A stretch of DNA of 63,535 bases, the filler included, from Octopus bimaculoides (lineage: Eukaryota), in the NCBI RefSeq assembly GCF_001194135.2. It is 8 parts of 7 records of this genome, joined end to end, with 100 filler letters (N's around TTAATTAATTAA, not from the genome) between each part and the next. Parts side by side here need not be neighbours in the genome. Positions count along the whole stretch, not along the records: positions 1 to 25,136 come from NC_068981.1; 7 more parts are not named here. The stretch is one strand, 5' to 3'. Below, piece by piece: positions 1 to 12,987 of the stretch. A model generated the notes under the pieces. That model did not search any database and was not told the DNA's origin. It saw nothing but the letters and a program-made list of their open reading frames with translations. The position numbers and the translations under genes are program-made. Within the stretch, counting starts at the first letter, position 1. Every line of letters starts with the position of its first letter.

Positions 1-260
1 AGAGTAGGAGAGTAAGAGTGTAGAGAGTAAGAGTGAGAGAGGGGGGAGTACGAGAGAAGAGAGTGAGTGAGAGTAAGAGAGAGGAGAGAAAGAGTAGGGG
101 TGAAGAGAAGTGGGAGTGGAGAGAAGTATGAAGAGAGGTGAAGAGACGTACAAAGAAGTAGGAGTCGGAACAGGAGGTGGGGGAGGGGAGAGATGGGTGG
201 TAGGAGGGAGGGTGGGGGAGAGAGACAGGAGGAGGGGGTTAGATGAAGAGTGGAGGGGAG
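1..260. repeat. Purine-rich (GA/GGA) low-complexity tract
   Basis: Almost exclusively A/G on the + strand; explains ORF 110..520. Confidence 0.9.
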
Positions 261-429
261 TTGAGCCCTGCTGTCTACTCCTTATGCAGCATCTGACCAC
301 CTCCTGTACCTACGCCTTAAAACCATCATGGCGTCTGATGTGGTTTTTTAAACCAGACAATATTTTGAAAAGACACCCAAATAGATTGCATGTCCAATTT
401 GGATTACCAAATGTGTGTCTGTGCCTTCA

Positions 430-625
430 TGTCTGTGTTTGTTCATCCCACCACTTGACAACCGGTATTGGTGTGTTTATGTCACCGCAATTTAGCGGTT
501 CGGCAAAAAGAGACCGATAGGATAAGTACCAAAAATAAGTACCTGGTTCAATTCATTCGACTAAAAAAATTCAAGGCAGTGCCCCAGCATGACCGCAGTC
601 AGATGAATGAAACAAATAAAAGAAG
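430..625 (+). mobile_element. SINE family A, 3' half
   Basis: ttgacaaccgg...cggttcggcaaaaagagaccgata...cagcatgaccgcagtc...gaaacaaataaaaga matches the 3' half of full copies at 41679 and 54238. Confidence 0.85.
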
Positions 626-719
626 ATGAAGGATAGTTTTCTCTTGGCGTTCTTCGGGTGTTATAAGACATCAACTTGCCCAATTGTGTGAGTAAAAGAG
701 AGAAAGATAGATAGAGAGA

Positions 720-766
<47 letters not shown>

Positions 767-1572
767 GAGCGAGAGGGGGAGAGAGAGAGAAAGCTGGAGA
801 GATCTAAATGCTAATGTTGCAGTTGCTTCACCAGGGCTATAATTAAGAAACTCCATCCGTGACACCCCTTGTTATTCCTATGTGCAGGGAAACCAAGCGC
901 ACACTTTCATCGTAGCTTGACTCCTTTTTAAGACGGTAGATTGTGAGTCGAAGGAAACGGGGCTGCTATTTTTAGTAGTTCGAGTAACCGCATAAAGATT
1001 CTCTTGTTGGGTCGACCTATTCAGCAAACGAAGTGGCAGAAAATAAAGTATTGAAGAGGAGGCGCATGGAACAGAAAGGATCAATATCTTTTCTTTTTTC
1101 GAGCAAAACAATAGAAAAATGTGTAGTTCAACTAGCGAAGTGGGAGAAGTGAAATTCGAAGTAGAGGGAACGGGGGAAAAAGAAAACCAGTTATTTACTA
1201 ATCTATTTAATCAATTTAGGCAATGTTTTTTTCTTCTGGTTTGTATTTTCAAGTATTGATTGCTTTTTAAACTTGTTACAGCTTGTCGTCTGGTCAATGT
1301 CCTCAATCTGTTAAGCTTGGTCGTTTATTGGTTCGTTTGATTCGGCCATCTTGTCGTCGTCTGTGCTAACGAATGTTGCAGCAAATCCTATGAAATATTC
1401 TTGTTTATTGTTCCTTGTGTGCACACCATAGGGGGAAGCAACTAGGAGCTTCTATGTGGCTGGTCGACTTGCTATGGCTATCACCTAATCTGCCTTAAAT
1501 CACGGGGCGGCTATATTTGACATCGCAATTATAATTTCACTATTTCTGGAAAGAAAAGAGGGAATAGTCACG

Positions 1573-1662
1573 TTGTTGATGTTGAAATTCCAATGAAGCC
1601 GCGGATCTAGGTTAGAAACCGGTTCTTTCTCTATTGGCAAGAAATCTTGAAATAAAACTGAA
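1573..1662 (+). mobile_element. Terminal ~90-bp module of REL-type non-LTR element, followed by (CATA)n
   Basis: gatgttgaaattccaatgaag...ggttagaaaccgg...ctattggcaagaaatcttgaaataaaactgaa recurs at 4473, ~4960 and ~25770. Confidence 0.8.
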
Positions 1663-1799
1663 CAATGGCATACATAGATGCATGCATGCATACATACATA
1701 CATACATACTTACATACATACATACTTACATACATGCATACGTACGTACATACATGCATACACACAGAGGCATGTATATGTATATTGAGGACGAATTAA

Positions 1800-2370
1800 C
1801 ATCTATTTTGTGATAACTTTTCGTCAGAATCTTTATCGAGGAAAAAATCCCATAACCTCCATAAAGATTTCAATAAGAATATTATCTACATTGCTAAATA
1901 TTTTCGTTGAATTCTACGGTGGTAATGAAAATAAGTTCAAAATCAAAGGATAAAATTTGACAATATCGAATTCTTTTTTACTACTAGTATTATTACATCA
2001 GATAATGGCTATAATACAGTTATTTTTTGCTGGAGATAGTTGATTTCCGCATCATATTAATGTTGGTTGAGTTTTCCTACTAATTAATCCGATTTCAGTC
2101 TTTGCAGAATTAATTAAGTAATCGGTTTGAGATTAGCGGCAAAATTCTCCTTCTGGTCCTCAAGTCTGACGTAAGCTTCATGTTTAGTTAAACATTGTGA
2201 TCTATTGTCTAACTTAAGAACATGAGCTATTTGCATTTTTGTCTCAGTATTATTCAAGTTTGTGCACAAGTCTTCTTTAGTTTTAGATTATATGCTTTAG
2301 GAGTTAGTTATAAGGTTTGTTTTCTAATCTACTAACTTTTTCTTTTAGTTTTATCTGAGTTTTTTCATTA
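1800..2370 (-). pseudogene. Degenerate Penelope-like element reverse transcriptase fragment
   Basis: Minus-strand peptides LDNRSQCLTKHEAYVRLEDQKENF, LINSAKTEIGLISRK and FDIVKFYPLI (1941-1970) resemble PLE RT motifs (LKDHKENF, LINPAKSEIG, FDIxxFYPSI); many stops and frameshifts. Confidence 0.8.
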
Positions 2371-2382
2371 AAAAAAAAATTA

Positions 2383-2525
2383 ATGCTGTTAATGTGTGGT
2401 AAGAAGTTTGCTTTCAAATCACATGGAACTGGGTTCAGTCCCACTGCGTGAAACCTTCACCAAGTTTCTTCTAATATAAATCCAGGCAGACCAAAGCCTT
2501 GTGAGTAGATTTGGTAGGCGTTTAT
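2383..2525 (+). mobile_element. SINE family A, 5' half
   Basis: tRNA-like head gtgtggtaagaagtttgct...gggttcagtcccactgcgtg; ends at (TA)n and a gap. Confidence 0.8.
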
Positions 2526-2694
2526 AAATATATATATANNNNNNNNNNNNNNNNNNNNNNNNNNNNNNNNNNNNNNNNNNNNNNNNNNNNNNNNNNNNNN
2601 NNNNNNNNNNATATATAGGTGAGATATATATATATATCTTTCGCAGCCTTGGATTTTTATCTCAGTCTGTTAATTTTTTTATATATATACTTTT

Positions 2695-2893
2695 CTGTTA
2701 TAGGCACAAGGTCTGAAATTTTTGTGGGGAGGAGACTAGTTGATTACATCGACCCCAATGTTTCACTGGTACTTATTTTACCGACCCCGAAAGGATGAAA
2801 GGCAAAGTCGACCTCGGCGGAATTTGAACCCAGAACGCAGCGACAGACGAAATACCGCTAAGCATTTCGCCTGGCGTGCTAACATTTCTGCTA
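2695..2893 (-). mobile_element. SINE family B (Meta-domain-like body)
   Basis: Reverse complement contains gagttcaaattccgccgaggtcgactttgcctttcatcctttcggggtcg-type core; more than 8 copies in the window. Confidence 0.85.
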
Positions 2894-2939
2894 GTTCACC
2901 GCCTTCGTCGATTTAATATTACAGTAAGGCGTAACAGAT

Positions 2940-3275
<336 letters not shown>

Positions 3276-3634
3276 TATAGAATTTAAAAAGAGTTAACAC
3301 ATCTCGCAGCAAGTAAGACAATACACAGTAAAACTATATATAGGTACCGATGGTCAGAGATAATTACCGAACCTCACGAATAACAAGTCCAACCTACAGT
3401 TGGAAGGGTCAGCCGAGAGCCAACGTAGTTAATCCAGCGATGGCTGAATGGAATGAAACAATCGATGCAGTTAGCTTCCACATTTATCACTTGTATAAAA
3501 TTGAACTTGATTGAGTCAACAAACGTGCCTTTATGCTTACCCGGTCTTGCCGGAAGAGTAGCCACATATCAGAACAAGGCAAGCTACGCACAATTAGAAA
3601 ATTACAATTGCATGTCCTGAATGAAACTGAAGTG

Positions 3635-3880
3635 AAAGTGAGTGGCCTAGTGGTTAGGATGTAGCACTCACAATCGTCAAATCGTTGTTTCGATTCGCGG
3701 ACCGGACGTTGCGTTGAATTATTGGGCAAAACATTTCATTTCACGTCAATCCAGTCGGCTCTGTTGTAAATGGGTGACCCTGCGATAGACAGGCGTTCCA
3801 TTCATGAGGAATGCTGTGATCTTGGTCACTTGTATGTCTTAGAAACCAAATGGCCGGGTTATGCGCTCTAGAACTCGAGA
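3635..3880 (+). mobile_element. tRNA-derived SINE (family C-like head)
   Basis: A-box tggcctagtgg and B-box-like gtttcgattc; head similar to the copy at 18103. Confidence 0.7.
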
Positions 3881-4099
3881 CAGTAAAGTCCAAATGAAAC
3901 TAAAAATATATGGAAAACATTCTAGATGTTGAGGCTTATAATGTGTACAGATACTACCTTATAGGAAAAACGAGTACAAGTGTACACTCACAGACATGCG
4001 CATGCATACATGCAAGCATACATACATACATACATACATACATACGTACATACGTACATGCATACATACGTACATACTTATGTAAATTCTTATATATAA

Positions 4100-4330
4100 A
4101 GCGCAAATGTCGAACATGTCTCTTCTGGGGAGGAACATAGTACATGAAAATAAGCAGCCACTACGAAAGCTGTAAATTCCTTACACAGATTGTAATCTCA
4201 AATTTATACCAGTAATTATCGGTGCACTTATGTTGGCAAATGTTTATGTGAAAATCGGGAAGCACTAATTTGCGAGCACCTCTGTGAGAGGAGCAGAGAA
4301 AATATGCAATTTTTTTCTAGATTTTAACTT
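4100..4330 (+). pseudogene. Diverged C-terminus of REL-endonuclease non-LTR retrotransposon
   Basis: Translates to PLRKL*IPYTDCNLKFIPVIIGAL and SVRGAEKICNFFLDF, homologous to the copy at 4588. Confidence 0.7.
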
Positions 4331-4472
4331 GCAACACTTATTGTTGGTGTAATCCTAATTCCAGGGGTAAAGCTTTTATTTCTTTGTTACAAACCAACTC
4401 ATTCGTTTTAACAATGAATTAAATAAAAAAAAAAGAGAGAAGAAATGGATACATACATACATACATACATAA

Positions 4473-4569
4473 CCTGCTGTTGATTTTGAAATTCCAATGA
4501 AGATGCCTTGTATCCAGGTTTGAAACCGGCTCTTTCTCTATAGCCAAGAAATCTTCAAATTGAACTGAA
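4473..4569 (+). mobile_element. Terminal module of REL-type element between CATA repeats
   Basis: Same ~90-bp module; preceded by (CATA)5 and followed by gacatacatac. Confidence 0.8.
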
Positions 4570-4587
4570 AAATGACATACATACGCC

Positions 4588-5050
4588 TCTACATGCCCAG
4601 TAGATGTTAACATAAAGCTAAAAGTTAGCAAAAAAAAAATGTCAACCCAGATTACAAGTTCAGATTTATACCTGTAATTATTGGGGCACCGGGATATGTA
4701 ACACACTGCCTAAGTACCAATCTTGAAAAATTAGGATTCTCAAATAAAGCTGATTTGAAAACTACAGATCCAAGCCATAAGTGAAACTGTAGAAATCTGT
4801 AAAACTTTCAAGAAGATTATCATTTAAGTATATATGCGCATGTCATAAACATGCAACTATATGCCTGAGAATACATACATAAAACAAAACATACAAATCT
4901 ACACATTCACTGACTCCAAATACAGCAGGTATACATACATGCAAAGATACCCTGTTCTTGATGTTGAAATTCCAATGAAGGAACCTTCGACTTAGGCTAC
5001 CGACGGGCTCTTTCTCTATTGGCAAACAAAAATCTTTAAATAAAACTGAA
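4588..5050 (+). mobile_element. 5'-truncated REL-endonuclease non-LTR retrotransposon (R2/R4/NeSL-like), 3' end
   Basis: CPVDVNIKLKVSK and PDYKFRFIPVIIGAPGYVTHCLSTNLEKLGFS, then 3' UTR and terminal module; homologous to 25484-25860. Confidence 0.8.
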
Positions 5051-5071
5051 TGACATACATACATATACGTA

Positions 5072-5598
5072 TCTCTTTTACCCTTTTACTTGTTTCAGTC
5101 ATTTGACTGCGGCCATGCTGGAGCACTGCCTTTAGTCGAGCAAATCGATCCCAGGATTTATTCTTTGGAAGCGTAGTACTTATTCTATCGGTCTCTTTTG
5201 CCGAACCGCTAAGTTACGGGGACGTAAACACACCAGCATCGGTTGTCAAGCGATGTTGGGGGGACAAGCACAGACACAAACATATACGCACACATACATA
5301 TATACATATACACACACACACACACACANNNNNNNNNNNNNNNNNNNNNNNNNNNNNNNNNNNNNNNNNNNNNNNNNNNNNNNNNNNNNNNNNNNNNNNN
5401 NNNNNNNATATATATATATATATATATATACATATACGACGGGCTTCTTTCCTTTTCCGTCTACCAAATCCACGCACAAGGCTTTGGTCAGCCCGAAGCT
5501 ATAGTAGAAGACACTTGCCCAAGGTGCCACGCAGTGGGAATGAACCCGGAACCATGTGATTGGTAAGCAAGCTACTTACCACACAGCCACTCCTGCGC
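5072..5598 (-). mobile_element. SINE family A, near full length, with gap in internal microsatellite
   Basis: Reverse complement of the 41679 copy over both halves. Confidence 0.9.
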
Positions 5599-5624
5599 CT
5601 GGGAGAATTCACAATAAAAAAAAC

Positions 5625-5735
5625 AACAGACGAAGACAGGTGGTGTAGAAAACAAATTGATGTATTAGTATAACGCTCGGGAATTGAAAAAGTCTTTAAC
5701 GTTTCAAGCCTACGCCCTTCCACAGAAAGGAACAG
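5625..5735 (-). mobile_element. Short repeat with degenerate hammerhead fold (U6 family)
   Basis: Minus strand cttt-CTGTGGA-a-gggc-gtag-gctt-GAAA-cGTT-aaag; homologs at 14405 and 48850. Confidence 0.7.
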
Positions 5736-5895
5736 AGAAAGAAACAAGGAGAGAAAGAAATGCATATAGTGGTCAGCGATCTATCATGGCGAATACATAT
5801 ACGTACTTACATACATGTATGCATGCACATACAAAGGCCAATTTTGATTTTAATATTTTGAAATTCGATAGTATACCAGTGCCGTACTGGGGTAG

Positions 5896-5948
<53 letters not shown>

Positions 5949-6956
5949 AATTCAAAGATTATGGCCAAGAATTGCATAATGGTTGCACATGTGTCTGAAA
6001 TAAATACTCACCGTTTGCATACATGCATAAATACATACATGCGTACATACATTGCGTACATGTTTTATATACATTATTGACGTCATCTCAATTCTAATGG
6101 GACTTTGTTTCCACCGCAGAGAGAAATTTGAAAAATATAACCAGAAACTCACACACAAACACAGACAGACGCGAACACACACACAAACACATAAACACAT
6201 GAATAAATAGACATAGATATACCTACGCGTGTGGATGCAGTAATACGCACGCACGCTTGCACGCATGCACGAGCATATTCGCGCACGCACGCACTCACAC
6301 ACAACCACAAAATGTGTGCGTCTTTAAGCGTTCTGATTTGAAAAGAGAGAATGATAAACTTTTGCTGTGAAAGCTGCAATTATATCTATGTAGGAACGCG
6401 CACATACATACATACATACGTACATACGTACATACATACGTACATACATACATACATACATACATACGTACATACATACATTCATATATACATACATACA
6501 TACAAACACACACACACTCACATATATATATATATATATATGTGTGTGTATATGCATGTATACATAAATGTATGCTGTATATATATTGATACATATATGC
6601 GTGTATGTGTGTATATATATATTTATATGTACACACACATATATGCATGTATGTATGCATGTATATACATATATATATATNNNNNNNNNNNNNNNNNNNN
6701 NNNNNNNNNNNNNNNNNNNNNNNNNNNNNNNNNNNNNNNNNNNNNNNNNNNNNNNNNNNNNNNNNNNNNNNNNNNNNNNNNNNNNNNNNNNNNNNNNNNN
6801 NNNNNNNNNNNNNNNNNNNNNNNNNNNNNNNNNNNNNNNNNNNNNNNNNNNNNNNNNNNNNNNNNNNNNNNNNNNNNNNNNNNNTATATGTATGTATGCG
6901 TGTATGCATGACAAACACCAAACATGCAAAATCATTATAGATGTGATCCACCCGGC

Positions 6957-7001
<45 letters not shown>

Positions 7002-7026
7002 TAATATTATTATTATTATTATTATA

Positions 7027-7073
<47 letters not shown>

Positions 7074-7225
7074 AATGTTGATGATGAGTTGATTAGCTGA
7101 TGATGATGATGATGACGACGACGATGACGATGACGATGATGATGATGATGGAGATAACGTTGATGATGATGATGAAGATGACGATTGTGATGATGATGAT
7201 GATGATGATAATGATGATAACGACA
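6957..7225. repeat. Compound trinucleotide microsatellite (ATA)n-(ATT)n-(GAT/GAC)n
   Basis: Direct reading. Confidence 0.95.
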
Positions 7226-7702
7226 ACGCGGAATCGGGTCCCTTTGTACCCTCCCCCTTAAATAGATAAATAAAGAAAATTAAAAAAAAAGTACGTACAT
7301 ATATACAAACGCGAAAAGATGTATCGAATCGCAGTTTGCTAACAATGAAAATAATTGGAATCTGGATCGTAACTTCTCTAGAGACGTCTAACATTCAAAG
7401 GCGAGATTTTCATTTTATTAAGTATAATATGTATGTGTCAATGGCGTGAGGGGCATTTGGACGCATTTGCGGCCTTTTCTTTAGTTTTACGGATGAAATA
7501 TTGACGAAAATTGCTTTTCACTCTCTCCCTTCCCTATTTTTCTAAATGCTGGTCATTTTGCTGGTTGATAGTCTCCTGTGTAAGAAGAAGAATAAATAAA
7601 AGGACAGCATTGTTGGACAATAATTTATACGTAATGCTCTCTCTCTACAAAAGCCATTGTTTTCCTGATGGTGATTCAGTAGATTCGGAGGGTTGATAAT
7701 GC

Positions 7703-7744
<42 letters not shown>

Positions 7745-7777
7745 TAATAAAATTAATAATAATAATGACAATAATAC

Positions 7778-7975
7778 ACAAGACCTGAAATTTAGGTTGG
7801 TGGTGGGGGGTAAGTCGATCACATTGACACCAGTACTTGACTGGTACTTAATTTATCGACCCCGAAAGGAAGAAAGGCAAAGCTGACCTGGGTGGAATTT
7901 GAACTCAGACAGACGAAATGTCACCAAGCGTTTTTCCCAGGCGTGCTAACAACTAAGCTAGCTCGTTGCTTTAAT
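7778..7975 (-). mobile_element. SINE family B with (ATT)n tail
   Basis: Family B core; (AAT)n at ~7705-7775 is its tail. Confidence 0.85.
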
Positions 7976-8018
7976 AATATTAATAGTGATGATAATAATA
8001 ATAATAATAATAATAATG

Positions 8019-8085
<67 letters not shown>

Positions 8086-8086
<1 letters not shown>

Positions 8087-8300
8087 CCTTTCTACTAAAG
8101 GTAAAAGGCCTGAAATTTTGGGGGAGGGGAGTAGTCAATTACATCGACCCCCAGTGTTTCACTGGTACTAAATTTATCGACCCCGAAAAGAAGAAAGGCA
8201 GACACGACCTCGGTGGAATTTGAATTCAGAACTTAGGGATTGACGAAATGCCACTAAGCCTTTCCCCCGGCATGCTAACGATTCTGCAAGTTCGTCGCTT
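8086..8300 (-). mobile_element. SINE family B with (ATT)n tail
   Basis: Family B core; (AAT/GAT)n at ~7985-8085 is its tail. Confidence 0.85.
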
Positions 8301-8302
8301 TA

Positions 8303-8567
<265 letters not shown>

Positions 8568-8568
<1 letters not shown>

Positions 8569-9093
8569 CTACCCTGATTCAGTATCAGACAGTGGCTCCC
8601 ATGCCTTTTGATCTTAATTGATTGGAAGTGTTATCATGTACATTGTTTTATCTTGGGACAAAAGATGGGCTACAACTAATATTCTGCTCAATACCACAAA
8701 TTTGCTTGTCAGTTGCTTGACCTTAACCAGTTGAACATGTCTCATGCAGAAGTAGTGGGGGAGCATCATAGCCAAGCGTTGAGAGGAATTCTTTGAACTT
8801 TGAAATATTCACCTCTGGAAACATGGGTGTTTCATTCCACATCCTTCAACAATTCTTATTCAGGCATTTTTTGAGTGTAATGGGCTACTCGACCTGAAGA
8901 ATAATTCTAACTGGGCCCCACCTGCAAGGTCATGCACTGTTTATCTTGATATGAGATCACCATGTCGCGCACACATGGTTGTGATGCATGAGCCTGGTGT
9001 ACCCTTATCAGACAGGTAGTCATGATGGGTATACTGGGCTTTGTATATTTCTCCCCCAGTGTCACTTTGATGGCATGCACTGCTCTCTCACTC
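8568..9093. mobile_element. Probable non-autonomous interspersed element embedded in (AAT)n
   Basis: About 525 bp of GC-richer non-coding sequence with sharp (AAT)n boundaries on both sides; single copy here, so family status is inferred. Confidence 0.5.
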
Positions 9094-9145
<52 letters not shown>

Positions 9146-10107
9146 NNNNNNNNNNNNNNNNNNNNNNNNNNNNNNNNNNNNNNNNNNNNNNNNNNNNNNN
9201 NNNNNNNNNNNNNNNNNNNNNNNNNNNNNNNNNNNNNNNNNNNNNNNNNNNNNNNNNNNNNNNNNNNNNNNNNNNNNNNNNNNNNNNNNNNNNNNNNNNN
9301 NNNNNNNNNNNNNNNNNNNNNNNNNNNNNNNNNNNNNNNNNNNNNNNNNNNNNNNNNNNNNNNNNNNNNNNNNNNNNNNNNNNNNNNNNNNNNNNNNNNN
9401 NNNNNNNNNNNNNNNNNNNNNNNNNNNNNNNNNNNNNNNNNNNNNNNNNNNNNNNNNNNNNNNNNNNNNNNNNNNNNNNNNNNNNNNNNNNNNNNNNNNN
9501 NNNNNNNNNNNNNNNNNNNNNNNNNNNNNNNNNNNNNNNNNNNNNNNNNNNNNNNNNNNNNNNNNNNNNNNNNNNNNNNNNNNNNNNNNNNNNNNNNNNN
9601 NNNNNNNNNNNNNNNNNNNNNNNNNNNNNNNNNNNNNNNNNNNNNNNNNNNNNNNNNNNNNNNNNNNNNNNNNNNNNNNNNNNNNNNNNNNNNNNNNNNN
9701 NNNNNNNNNNNNNNNNNNNNNNNNNNNNNNNNNNNNNNNNNNNNNNNNNNNNNNNNNNNNNNNNNNNNNNNNNNNNNNNNNNNNNNNNNNNNNNNNNNNN
9801 NNNNNNNNNNNNNNNNNNNNNNNNNNNNNNNNNNNNNNNNNNNNNNNNNNNNNNNNNNNNNNNNNNNNNNNNNNNNNNNNNNNNNNNNNNNNNNNNNNNN
9901 NNNNNNNNNNNNNNNNNNNNNNNNNNNNNNNNNNNNNNNNNNNNNNNNNNNNNNNNNNNNNNNNNNNNNNNNNNNNNNNNNNNNNNNNNNNNNNNNNNNN
10001 NNNNNNNNNNNNNNNNNNNNNNNNNNNNNNNNNNNNNNNNNNNNNNNNNNNNNNNNNNNNNNNNNNNNNNNNNNNNNNNNNNNNNNNNNNNNNNNNNNNN
10101 NNNNNNN

Positions 10108-10146
<39 letters not shown>

Positions 10147-11423
10147 ATACATATACACATATGTATATGTATATACATATATACACACATACATAGACAC
10201 ACACACACACACACACACACATATAGATACATCAGTTAAGGTAGGAGATATGATCCAGGTGTCCAGGTGTTTGTCTTGTGAAGCACTCCTACGGATTGCA
10301 GCTATCTGAAAATTGAAAGGGAGAAGTTCCTTTGTGAAGCTACAGCTCCGATAAACAGAAAAGCCACAAACGACACACAAACACACACACACATACACGC
10401 GCACACACACATCAGATATAAGAAACGGATTCAAAGTATCAATCGGAAACTACTTGATTCTCCAGGCGAGAATCCTGCTATCAGGTCACAAAGGTAATTA
10501 ATTTCCGATGTTATATAACAGGACCATGCAACTGAAGATCCCAGATATAGAAACAGATGAATTTCCTTTGTGGTGTTTATAATAAGCAAATAAAAGCCAA
10601 GGAGAGATAAGAGTCCATTTAAATATGTATAATCGTCGTTCTCGTACTCCTGGGCGATTAACTTTAACCTGCAATAAATAAATAAATGACAAAAAAAAAA
10701 ATTAAACCACTGCAATGACAAATGGAATAATATACAGAGCATATTCTAATAAAATCTTCAAGGCACTGATGATTGTATAAGAAAAATCAGTTGGTCTACG
10801 AAACGGATGGTTTTTGGCAATGGCCGATACTGCGTGTACGAACTGACTCTAAGTTGTATTTGAGTTAAAAGTTAACCAGTGGTCCTGTACGTAGTCATTT
10901 AAGCTGCTAAAATTTGCAGACACTCTCCCTCAGTCGTATCTCACAGTGTTAAGTAAGGTAAAAAATACATGGATAATATATTAAATTCAAATTACGATAA
11001 ACGTACACAAACAAACGAAGTCTGCTTTTAGAACCGTTGAGATGTCTCAGAAAGTTAAAGAAGTGATTTTTAAATTCTCAGACGCAGGATAATGCTAATG
11101 ATATAGCTCGAACAGGATAAGCTACCCCTATTTTGCAGAAAAAAGTGTTGTCGGCTAGCTTTGGAATAACTTTGATCACGAATCTTCGCCATCGGGACAC
11201 CAGCAGTTAAATTGGTATCACTGTGGTATTCGTCTCTGCCGAAAGCAGGGTGAGCATTGGGCATTTGATGATCATTGGGAATCTGACGCTGAGGATAACT
11301 TCGAGGAAGAAGGTCGATAAAAAAGTACCAGTCGAAGGTAAAGAATGTGCATAATGGTTTGAACATCGGATGAGATATCTTGCGTTATCTGTTCTTCCTA
11401 TTTGAATCCCGGGTTCAAATTCT

Positions 11424-11714
11424 TATTTCTTTATTGCCCACAAGGGGCTAAGCATAGAGAGGACAAACAAGAACAGACAAAGGGATTAAGTTGATTACAT
11501 CGACCGCAGTGCGTGACTGGTACTTAATTTATCAACCCCGAAAGGATGAAAGGCAAAGTCGACCTCGGCGGAATTTGAACTCAGAACGTGACGGCAGACG
11601 AAATACCGCTAAGNNNNNNNNNNGGCGGAATTTGAACTCAGAACGTGACGGCAGACGAAATACCGCTAAGCATTTCGCCCGGCGTGCTAACGTTTCTGTC
11701 AGCTCGCCGCCTTA
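11424..11714 (-). mobile_element. SINE family B with alternative 3' tail
   Basis: Family B head and core, but tail is cttatttctttattgcccacaagggg...; internal duplication across a 10-N gap. Confidence 0.85.
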
Positions 11715-12987
11715 GGTTCAAATTCTGTCGATGGTTTGACGTCACGTTGATTTCAGCGGCTAATATTTTGGCAACGAGACCATTTTACAAAACATTAGAA
11801 AAGACAAGGAAGTATTTATAAGGTTGAATTCGGGCCTTTTTTTTTACATGCAGGAGAATAAGAACTACTAGCGAAAGACCAGTGACTTATCCGGTGGGAT
11901 ATATCTGTCTCTTTTGTTGTTAAACCAACTCGGAAACCGGATACAAGCAATAAACGGGCGATGTCGAACGTGACGGGAGATGCCTTAAATGTTTCAGATT
12001 TGAGAGACAGACAAAACAATACTAAATTAATTAATAAATAATAAAATAAACGGATCAGCCTACACAAGGTTTAAGTCTCTGCCCTCAATTACACAGGGAT
12101 CAGCTATCATCGTTCACTAACAGGTTATATGAGAGGCCACACTCTAAAATAACCTTTATCAATTGTGACCCACACTGACACCTCCTTTTCTCAGCAATTC
12201 CTTGCCATTCTTTATCTTTTAAATACCCAACTCTTGTCATTTTCGATTTCCGTGATTCATTACAGATGTTGAGATGCTACTGTTTGTTACCTTGGACAGT
12301 CTTATCTCCAGCTTCTTACTGTTGCTGCAAATCGACCAAAGTTCTTTCTTCTCAGAGACTACTATACTTCAAACCTATTAACACGTAGTCACACTGTACA
12401 AATACACGTACTAACTACACATAGCGCGCGCACACACACACACATATTCACATGTAAATACATGCATACATACATACATATATTCATACACACATACACA
12501 TATGTATATATGTATGTATGTATATATATATATATATATTCGTGTGCACAAATATACACATAATATTTATTTATATACATATATGGCCATACATATATGC
12601 ATATATATATATTTATGTATATATATGTATACACACACACACACATATATCTATATATGTTTGTATCAATATATATATATATATANNNNNNNNNNNNNNN
12701 NNNNNNNNNNNNNNNNNNNNNNNNNNNNNNNNNNNNNNNNNNNNNNNNNNNNNNNNNNNNNNNNNNNNNNNNNNNNNNNNNNNNNNNNNNNNNNNNNNNN
12801 NNNNNNNNNNNNNNNNNNNNNNNNNNNNNNNNNNNNNNNNNNNNNNNNNNNNNNNNNNNNNNNNNNNNNNNNNNNNNNNNNNNNNNNNNNNNNNNNNNNN
12901 NNNNNNNNNNNNNNNNNNNNNNNNNNNNNNNNNNNNNNNNNNNATATATATATATATATATATAAATATATATGTATATACATATAT

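Noticed and set aside
8907-10434. ORFs of 376-448 aa, and similar long ORFs at 6324, 13456, 33349, 37730, 50525 and 60079
   Set aside because: Composed of N-gap X residues and microsatellite translations (YI, HT, CV, poly-N/L/I).
11566-11673. Exact ~50-bp duplications inside SINEs here and at 41805-41905
   Set aside because: Both straddle 10-N gaps, typical of overlapping contig ends.
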